15,816 bases of DNA from Pseudomonadota bacterium. GTDB taxonomy: Bacteria > Bdellovibrionota > FAC87 > UBA2466. Both the position numbers and the translations under genes were made by a program. The notes under the pieces are model-generated. The model did no database searches and was not told where the DNA came from. It saw only the letters and a program-made list of their open reading frames with translations. The stretch lies in the NCBI GenBank assembly GCA_043718025.1, contig JAYSWN010000017.1:1-15816 (forward strand), in the 5' to 3' direction. Positions 7,789-15,600 of this stretch are shown piece after piece; position 1 is the stretch's first letter; each line of letters begins with the position of its first letter.

Positions 7789-8697
7789 TTAACCCGGCGA
7801 AGTTGGGCAGGTGTGGGTCAGCCATTTTTCAAAATTGGTGACCTCAAGATCCTGTTTGGGGTCATCTAAACGCGCGGAGTGAAGCGCGATGCGCACGGCC
7901 CCCGAACACAGTCCAGCCGCCTCTTCTTTCGTAAGCGTTTTGATCGCACGAACGCCCTCGGTAAGATTGCGCGTAATGGGCACGACTTTGTTGTTGTTCA
8001 GCTCTTGAAAAGCAGGAATAAAAAGAACCACTTTCTTATCCGTTTTCAGCGTCATCTGCGTCGCCCAAACAATATTCTTTTTTAGCAACGAGCGAAAGTC
8101 TTCAGCTTTAGCAAACTGGGTGTCGTGAAAATAGAGGGAAAGGCCGTCGGCAAACTTCAGAATCTCCTCGCCCTCTTTAAAAGTCAGCGTCGCCGCCTCT
8201 ACTCTCTCAGACGACAGCGGCGGCAAGTTCATAACCAGTTTGTAATCCGTGCCGGTTACCTCACCCAGTACTTTTGCCCAAGATAAAATCTGTCCAGGAA
8301 CTAGGCGTGGCCAAGGTTGAAATAAAAACTCAATCGAACTGAAACAGAGACCGTCCATTTTCATCCGCAGCGCCGTTTTAATGGCCGCCGCTTTTTTTAC
8401 ATCGCCAAGTTCTCCGGTGAGAAGCGTCTTTTCGATGCGTAGCTGCACTTCGGCCCCTCGGCCGCAGGCGTCTTGATAGCCGCCAAAGCCGTATTTTAGA
8501 TCCACTTCGTTCTTACGATCAATTGTGGCGCCGATAAGAGTGAATAGCGTGGGGCGGGCGCGGATTTTGGAGCGTCCGGTGGTTACCACCCATGGCCCCC
8601 CGCCGATTATCCCGTAACCCGCGGCCTGCACCTTCGGGCATAGCCCGCTAAGGAATATGAAACCAAAGAGGAGAATAGAGGCTTCGTTACGAGTCAT
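7789..8697 (-). CDS. Secreted hypothetical protein, possibly a catalytically degenerate GH18-like TIM barrel
   Basis: 302-aa ORF starting 11 bp after the LysM gene stop, with AGAAGG SD-like sequence and a signal peptide (..ILLFGFIFLSGLCPKVQA). Segments FSSIEFLFQPWP, KLVMNLPP, ILKFADGLSLYFHD and KKVVLFIPAF follow the order of the GH18 core strands. The CDS is well supported; the fold call is by eye only. Confidence 0.6.
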   Translation of the reverse strand: MTRNEASILLFGFIFLSGLCPKVQAAGYGIIGGGPWVVTTGRSKIRARPTLFTLIGATIDRKNEVDLKYGFGGYQDACGRGAEVQLRIEKTLLTGELGDVKKAAAIKTALRMKMDGLCFSSIEFLFQPWPRLVPGQILSWAKVLGEVTGTDYKLVMNLPPLSSERVEAATLTFKEGEEILKFADGLSLYFHDTQFAKAEDFRSLLKKNIVWATQMTLKTDKKVVLFIPAFQELNNNKVVPITRNLTEGVRAIKTLTKEEAAGLCSGAVRIALHSARLDDPKQDLEVTNFEKWLTHTCPTSPG

Positions 8698-8708
8698 GAA
8701 CCCTTCTT

Positions 8709-9932
8709 CTAATTAAGTTCAATTACCTGCGTCTCGCGAAGTGGCGGTGGGGGCAGATTCATAAACGACTGCGCGGGTATTAAATTTTCACCGCTCACCA
8801 GAGGCTCTTTGTTGCGCAAGACCAAGCCCACGCTGGCAGCTTCACCGGTATAAACGATCTGAACTTCCCCTTTGAAAGAAGGCTCTACCCCATCCGCCCG
8901 CGCCAGTTTGGGATCAAGTTCACGATAAACGCGGAAGAGATAGCCATCCTTAAGTCCTTCATTTTTACCCTTATTCACGACAACAAATTCACCCTGATTG
9001 AATCTTGCTTTCTCCTCATCGTCGCCGCCAATCAGTCGAGCGGAGAGCTCAGGTGGCGGATTAAAGAGCGCGCCGATTGGCACCACCTTGGGCATGGCAA
9101 CAATGGAGTCTCCGCGATGGACAATGGCGGCCATGTTCATAATCTCGGCCCGCACCAATTTTTCGCCGAAACCAACAATCCTAATTTCACCGATTCGACG
9201 CAGAAGATTACCGATCACCGGACGAGAAAATTGGGTGGTATCGCGAATTGGCCTTTCAAAGCGGGCAATGGCGTAACGATCGCCCAAGCGCATGGTTTCT
9301 GGCACCCAAATATTAAGCCAAATTTCGTCGTGCTCGTTCAAGCCGTCGCGTTCAGAAAAAGCACCGCTGATTTCACCTAAAAATTCACGATCAGGCATGA
9401 TGAGAATTGGCGGGCGAAACTGGTTATTCAAACTCTTCGAATAGACGTTGTCGGTATCCAAGTCGAATCCCCCTTCTGCACGCTGAGGCACGAGCTTCAC
9501 AAAAGGGATACGCAACTCCGCTTCCGGCTCTTTCTCTGGAACGGAAGGGCCGTCCACCATCCGATCTCCCTCCATGTAATACTTAAGAAGCTGTCCAACG
9601 GTAAGATCATGGGGGTTGAGCAAAAACTTATTGACCTGCCACAATTTTCTCCACAATTTGGCATCGCCGAACTCTTTGGAAGAGATAGACCATAAGGTGT
9701 CCCCCTTTTTCACTTTATAAGAACCCTCTTTTCTGTCTCCAACGATATTGAGCCAATCATCTTCCACCAGTCGGGGGCGAGTGGCGATGCCGGCCAACGA
9801 CTCTTCGATACGTGATTTGTCGAGGTAAAGGCCCTTGTCTTGCTGCACGGTTGTGGCCAACGCAAGTTCGGACGACAGACAAACGTGTAATAGAGCCAGA
9901 GAGCAGATCACAACGCGACAGTGCGTTTTCAT
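8709..9932 (-). CDS. tsaP: LysM peptidoglycan-binding protein, TsaP-like (type IV pilus secretin-associated)
   Basis: Signal peptide ending ELALA. LysM domain YKVKKGDTLWSISSKEFGDAKLWRKLWQVNKFLLNPHDLTVGQLL. C-terminal beta-rich region with VVVNKGKNEGLKDGYLFRVYR. GAGG SD. Lies upstream of dprA, as tsaP commonly does. Confidence 0.8.
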   Translation of the reverse strand: MKTHCRVVICSLALLHVCLSSELALATTVQQDKGLYLDKSRIEESLAGIATRPRLVEDDWLNIVGDRKEGSYKVKKGDTLWSISSKEFGDAKLWRKLWQVNKFLLNPHDLTVGQLLKYYMEGDRMVDGPSVPEKEPEAELRIPFVKLVPQRAEGGFDLDTDNVYSKSLNNQFRPPILIMPDREFLGEISGAFSERDGLNEHDEIWLNIWVPETMRLGDRYAIARFERPIRDTTQFSRPVIGNLLRRIGEIRIVGFGEKLVRAEIMNMAAIVHRGDSIVAMPKVVPIGALFNPPPELSARLIGGDDEEKARFNQGEFVVVNKGKNEGLKDGYLFRVYRELDPKLARADGVEPSFKGEVQIVYTGEAASVGLVLRNKEPLVSGENLIPAQSFMNLPPPPLRETQVIELN

Positions 9933-9981
9933 AACTACCTCACAATTTTTTATGGGGAGACTTAAAAGAAAACCAACTCAA

Positions 9982-10767
9982 CTACGGCTTTGCTTTTGCC
10001 AGCCCAATCTCAAGGCTCGCCAGTTTGCGGCTGGCTTCATCGCTCAAGGGGTGGCGCGGAAACTTTCGAATCAACTCTTTTAGGTGAGCCATGGCCTCAT
10101 CGGTGCGGCCAATCTGCTCCAGGCTCAAACTTTTTTTCCAGGAGGCCTCCACCAAGCGAAAGCTATCGGGAAATTCATGTTCCAAACGGTTCATCGCGAT
10201 AACCGCTAAGGGAAAATCCTTAGCCCGAAAATGGGATTCCCCTATCCAGTACTGCGCGCGGTCCGAGTATAAATGGTGCGGCGAAGCTTTAAGAAAGGCC
10301 TGAAACGCCTCGACGGCGGACTCGAACTGATTTTTTTCAACCAGCGTCAAGCCGCGAAAATACCAGTGCATCGACTCATGGCGCGAGTCGGCCAGGCTTA
10401 CCGATTCTTCGGCGCCAAAAGTGTTTTCATCGCTCTCTTCTTTTTCGGGGGGCGCCTTCGGACTTAACTTCACCCGGGGCAGACGACGCTCCAGGCTGCC
10501 GGCGGAGTTGGTTTCTTTTTCATTCATCTCGGACTTGGCCTTCAATATTTCAACGGCCGCCGCGAGCCGATCGATTTCCGACTCTTTGTCATGCACTTTC
10601 TGCTGGAGCAACATCAACCTGTCTTCTTGTTGTATATCGCGGATGGGCGTCACGATCGTGGGCGTAGCGGCGCAGCCGGATAATCCAAGCATGGTAAACA
10701 TTTTTAAAAAAGTGGTGGCGGACGGGCCGGAAAGCCGCGGCCGCTTTGGAAGGCCCTTCAGGGTCAT
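9982..10767 (-). CDS. cpoB: Tol-Pal-associated / cell division coordinator CpoB (YbgF)-like TPR lipoprotein
   Basis: Lipobox LSG-C, an N-terminal coiled coil (LQQKVHDKESEIDRLAAAVEILK), and C-terminal TPRs with AVEAFQAFLKASP..YSDRAQYWIGESHF..FPDS..LIRKFP typical of YbgF. Confidence 0.75.
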   Translation of the reverse strand: MTLKGLPKRPRLSGPSATTFLKMFTMLGLSGCAATPTIVTPIRDIQQEDRLMLLQQKVHDKESEIDRLAAAVEILKAKSEMNEKETNSAGSLERRLPRVKLSPKAPPEKEESDENTFGAEESVSLADSRHESMHWYFRGLTLVEKNQFESAVEAFQAFLKASPHHLYSDRAQYWIGESHFRAKDFPLAVIAMNRLEHEFPDSFRLVEASWKKSLSLEQIGRTDEAMAHLKELIRKFPRHPLSDEASRKLASLEIGLAKAKP

Positions 10768-10773
10768 GTTACT

Positions 10774-10779
10774 ATCTTA
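10774..10779 (-). promoter_or_regulatory. Candidate -10 element for a leaderless cpoB transcript
   Basis: Minus strand: TAAGAT (10774-10779), 6 nt, ATG (10767). The -35 match is poor (GTGCGT at 17-nt spacing). Confidence 0.35.
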
Positions 10780-10828
10780 CCCCGAAGCGTACGAAGACGC
10801 ACAGTTCAATAGACAGAAGAGAAATAAG

Positions 10829-12199
10829 ATGGAAGCCAGCCCGATGATTCTCGATCTCTTTGACGTAGAGCGTGTAGCCCAAGCCGCTAAAAACCGCGGT
10901 TTTGAACGGTGGGAGCTCTACCGCGAGGTGTCGTTAGTTCGCGCTTATGATTTTAGGCTGTACGAATATCAAGACGCCCTGCAAAGCGCTCAAGAAAACC
11001 GGGTTGAGAAGACCGTAATTGAAGCGCGCAACGGCTTCAATTTCTGGGGCGTACGTGATGGCCGCCAAGAACGTTTCATCTCTCCCCATGCGTACGCGGG
11101 CAATTTTTTTGAATGGCTCGGCGCATCAGCAAGCCAGCGATCGGCACCGGCAAAGCCGATGCCCTCAATTTTGCCCAGCGAACGATGGAAATCGCTTCAA
11201 CATCAAGGGCGCCTACTTACCGCTTACCAATCACGAGGCTTACGCCACTGCTCCTTTCTCTACCGTGAAATGGTAAGGCGTTTTGAAGTAGCAACCTCGG
11301 ACGGTGAGGTGGAACAAGGCGACGAAGAGCAGGTGTCGGCTAAGGGAAACTGGGCCTACCGAGTAAACGGCGATGTGCGTTTCTATGAAAAAGAGATCGG
11401 CCACAGTTGCATCGGTGATTTCGAAAAAAAATTGAAAGGCGATAGCCTGTTCTCAGCATCAATTGAGGGCTGTTTGGGCAGCAGCGCCGCTTGGCCGGCG
11501 CCGCGCGGCACCTTTCCAGTCTACTGGTCAAAAGAGGCTATGGGCACCCTCTTGGTGCACTTTCTACGCGCGTTCGAAGGCGATCTGTTTTTAGATCACC
11601 TGTCGTTTCTTATTCGCCAAGAGGGAGATTTGCCCTCGGCCTTCTCGGTTTTTGATGAGCCCAGCGTCAAATGCGATCTGGAAGGAGTGGTGGCCAAGCG
11701 TACCCCGATATTCGGGGGAGGAAAGCCGCGCACCCTTGCCACCAACCGACAGATTGCCGAAGAGATGCAAGTCGCCTCGTCAGGCCACGCACGGCGCCAA
11801 AGTCTCGACCACCCATCGACCATCGGCTTTTGGCGCCCCACGGTAGTACCAAGGCAGGCCTCAGCAAATTTGTTGGCTGGCTTGGCTCACGGGGTCAAAG
11901 TAGAACAACTCGCGGTGCTTCGTTTTGATCCCGCTACGGGCAACGCGTTGATTCAAACCAGACTGGCGCGTCTCATCCATCACGGCGCCCTAGGTGAGTG
12001 GATCGAACCGCTCACTTGGGAGATCAATCTCATTAATTTGTGGAAAGGAATTGCCACGTTCGATGATGAGTCGACTTCGCTAGGCATCTTTTGTGAGAAG
12101 CGGGACCAGAAGATTTTGTCAGAAGTCGTAACGGGCGGATGCGTTACGCCCGAAGTGCACTTTCCTGGAAATGTTCCCCAGAGTAACTATTGGGGTTAA
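10829..12199 (+). CDS. TldD/PmbA family protein lacking the HExxxH metal-binding motif; start ATG 10829 or 10844
   Basis: C-terminal half matches the TldD/PmbA pattern: PAPRGTFPVYW...MGTLLVHFLRAFEGD...SVFDEP...DLEGVVAKRTPIFGGG...SSGHARRQS...FDPATGNA...LIHHGALGEWI...CEKRDQ. The start was moved from the ORF-track 10421 to avoid antisense overlap with cpoB. Confidence 0.85.
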   Translation: MEASPMILDLFDVERVAQAAKNRGFERWELYREVSLVRAYDFRLYEYQDALQSAQENRVEKTVIEARNGFNFWGVRDGRQERFISPHAYAGNFFEWLGASASQRSAPAKPMPSILPSERWKSLQHQGRLLTAYQSRGLRHCSFLYREMVRRFEVATSDGEVEQGDEEQVSAKGNWAYRVNGDVRFYEKEIGHSCIGDFEKKLKGDSLFSASIEGCLGSSAAWPAPRGTFPVYWSKEAMGTLLVHFLRAFEGDLFLDHLSFLIRQEGDLPSAFSVFDEPSVKCDLEGVVAKRTPIFGGGKPRTLATNRQIAEEMQVASSGHARRQSLDHPSTIGFWRPTVVPRQASANLLAGLAHGVKVEQLAVLRFDPATGNALIQTRLARLIHHGALGEWIEPLTWEINLINLWKGIATFDDESTSLGIFCEKRDQKILSEVVTGGCVTPEVHFPGNVPQSNYWG

Positions 12200-12533
12200 A
12201 AATAAGAGTGCGCAAATTACAACAATCCGACTAAGCCTTTTTTTATCGCACCGACTTACGCGACGCCCCTTAAACTTAACGCGCAGTCGCACACATGACG
12301 CGCATCGTCCACCATTTACAAAAAATTCAATTCTGATCACGGAATTTTAACAAAGCCTTTTTATTAATCCCAAATGTTCCGACCTTCTTCTAAGATGCCG
12401 ACCACGGGGAAAGGACTAAGCGGAGTCTGTCGACGGTAAACTTGCCGTATCGCGTCACTAAGAGACACTTTAACAATCGACAACGCGAACGGGAAAAGCT
12501 CTTGCTATCGATGAACGAATCGCCGTTATTGCC

Positions 12534-12622
12534 TGTTAGTATTAATATTTACCAATTTGCGGGAGTACTTTACCGCCACAGTTTTTTTCTGATCTTTAAT
12601 ACCTAATTTTCATTCTGGGGGA
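12534..12622 (+). promoter_or_regulatory. Candidate extended -10 promoter and ribosome-binding site of the adhesin gene
   Basis: TGtTAGTAT at 12534-12542 overlaps the palindrome TATTAATA (12540-12547). GGGGGA SD at 12617-12622 precedes ATG 12627. Confidence 0.3.
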
Positions 12623-12626
12623 CTCA

Positions 12627-15600
12627 ATGAAAGCCTGGTTTCGTTTAAGCAGCGTCATGCAGACGCTAGCCATTTCTCTAATTCTCATTTCCAACACCAA
12701 CACGGCCCTAGCTGAAGGAAGGGGACCCACTTTCAAAGTGCCTCCTCCGGGCACCATCGAACTGCCTAATGCGGTTCCAAACAGCGGGTACACTTTCGAT
12801 CTCAAAACACTTCTCGCCACTCAGGGCGAACCACCCCTTAAGTGGGAAGTTTCCGGTGCCCCGATCTGGCTAAAGCTAGATAGCGCCAATAGCCGAGTAA
12901 CGGGAAACCCCTCAGCGGCAGACGCCGGGCTCGCCAAATTTAGAATTTCAGTTCAAGACAAGAACGTCGAAGGTGGCGAAATCGATCGCGACATTCAGAT
13001 CTTGGTGTTCGCCCCGCCCCAGTTCACCACTGACAAAATTGACTTAGGCATTCAAAATGAAGACGTCGCTTGGACGTTTGATTTGAAGCCGTACGTAAAA
13101 AATCCGGCGGGCGGGCCCCTTACTTTCGATTCCAGCGGCCTGCGCCCTTGGATGTCGTTAGATAAGGCCACCGGTATTCTTACCGGCACCCCTCGGCGCA
13201 CCCATGTCGGCACGTACACTGGAATCACCTTCGTAGTGAAAGGCACCGGCGGCGAAAGTACGGCTAGCGCTTATGGCCAAGTTAAACTGGTCATCAAGCC
13301 ACCGAAATGGATTAAAAAAGAGATTGCGATTGAAAACGCGAATGAAGATTCGCCCTATAGCCGCAACGTAGTTGAATTCGTGATCAACACCGACCCGCTC
13401 ATCAACGACATCAAGTACGAAATCATTTCTGCCACGCCACCTCCGTGGTTAAAAATTGGAACTAGCTCCGGCAACCTGTTCGGTACCCCGAAGGCGGTAA
13501 ACATTGGAGCCATCTCGGTAACCGTGCGTCTGTCCGCCGTTTATAGCGGAGTGACTTACGACGACACCTCCACTTTTAAGTTCAGCGTCATTCACGTAAA
13601 CCACCCACCGGAATGGTTGGCCAAACCGCTCAACCTGCCCAGTGGCGCGACCGGAGTGGCTTACGCTCAAGACCTATCGAAATCGGCAAAAGACGTGGAC
13701 GTGGGCGACGTGCTCACCTATTCCATCATCGCCTTTAATGGGCCCGGCACTGCCTGGGCCACCATTGACGCCAAAACCGGAAAACTTTCCGGCACTCCCA
13801 AAAAGGACAACGTTGGCGACAACTCCTTTATGGTTTCGGTTACCGACCAAGGTGGCTTAAGCGATCAGACCACGGTTCAAATGAAGGTCATTAAATCGAA
13901 TGAACCCCCTTATTGGCTCGCCAATCCGACCATTTTGCCAACCGCAAAAGAAGACCAGTCGTATGGGCAAGACCTGAATAACTTCGCCAAGGATCCTGAT
14001 GGCGATAAACTAACCTACACGCTTTTGGATAATGTGAGCTGGCTCACCCTCAATCCAAACGGAGTCCTTTCAGGAACCCCCTCCAAAAAGGATTTGGGCC
14101 TGCATAAATTCACCGTTCGGGTGTCGGACGGCATTGCCGGCAGCGCCGTGGCCGAAATTCAAGTGTTTGTGGAACACACCAACCACGCTCCCGTTTGGAC
14201 CCAGAATCCGATCATCCTGACCGTAAAAGAGAAACTGCCAATGAGTGAAAGCATCGCGGCTTTTGCTCAAGATCCGGACGATGGCGATAAGCTGGTCTTC
14301 AGCCTCATCGAGGGAAAACCGTGGGCCTCACTCTCCGCGGAAGGACTATTCACCGGAACGCCACAACGTGAAGACGTGGGCGACAATACCTATAAAGTGA
14401 GAGTGGCGGATATCGGTGGTTTAGTTGCCGACGTCACCGTCATCATCCGTGTGCTCCACGTAAATCAACCGCCCTATTGGACCGACAACCCAGTTATTCT
14501 CCCCAATGCCAAAGAGGGCGAGGGCTACTCGGCGAGCGTATACGATTTTGCGAAAGACCCCGATCTCAACGACACCAAGCGGTTCGTAAAGTTGGCGGGC
14601 GGCCCATCGTGGGTGCGTTTATCGGCGGACGGCGTGGTTTCCGGAACGCCGCAGCGAGGTGACGTCGGCGTGAACGAGTTTCAGGTTCGCGTGTTGGATA
14701 AGGAGAACGCCGATGCCGTAACTACCGTTCGCATCACGGTTGAGAAGGTAAATCGCCCACCCCGCTGGCGCCAAAATCCCATTTTGCTGGGCCAAGCCTT
14801 CGAAGACACCACTTTTAGCTTCAACCTGGCTGACTACGCTATCGATGACGATGGCGATAAACTTACCTTTACGAAAATCGATGGACCCGCGTGGATGTTC
14901 GTCGGCCAAGATGGAACGCTAACTGGAACTCCGATGAAGTCGGACGTTGGCCCGTTCGTAGCCACCTTTCGAGTTTCCGATGGTCAGCTATCGGCCGATA
15001 CCAAAGGCCAAGGCGAAGTCGTTCACAAAAATCACCCGCCCGTCATCAACGCCGGTATGCCCATCTTTGAAGTAAAAGAGCGTAGCATTCGAATAGAAGA
15101 TCTCACCAAGTGGGTTTCCGACTCGGACAATGACAAGCTGACCTTTGAACTGGAATCTTTTGCTGAGTTCGTCACGCTGAGCGCCGACGGATCACTGAAG
15201 ATGTCGCCCAAATTCAAACACATCGGTGATCACACCCTGAAATTCAAGGTGAACGATGCCGAGATGGCCGCGCACGGCGAAATCAAAATAAAAGTCCTGC
15301 GTGATCCTCGCCCGCCGGTTTGGTTGACCGATCCGATTAGGTTCGAAGCCAAAACCAACGAGCTTTTCACCGCCAGTGTTTCTGGTGAAGCCCGCGACCT
15401 AGATGGCCTCCGCATCACTTTCAAAAAGAAATCGGGCCCAGATTGGCTGGCGATGGATAGCGAAGGAAACTTGCGCGGCACTCCCAAAGAGGCCGACCTT
15501 GGCCAACGGCAATGGGAAGTGGATGCTTGCAACGATTTGCTGTGCGCCACCGGTCACGTCATCGTCGTGGTCAAAGTAGGCACTCAGGTTGATGAGATTC

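Noticed and set aside
10421..10828. N-terminal 136 aa of the ORF-track 592-aa plus-strand ORF
   Set aside because: It overlaps cpoB antisense for about 350 bp and reads as a shadow frame. Starting at ATG 10829/10844 gives about 450 aa, the normal TldD/PmbA size.
12400..12500. c-di-GMP-I (GEMM) riboswitch ahead of the adhesin, suggested by GGTAAAC and CTAAG
   Set aside because: The GNRA-capped stem and the GCAAA junction of the GEMM consensus could not be found in the right order. It is kept only as an unclassified structured-leader candidate.
12717..15580. CRISPR-like or DNA tandem repeat array
   Set aside because: The periodicity is at protein level only. The nucleotide copies are highly diverged, with no identical repeat-spacer structure.
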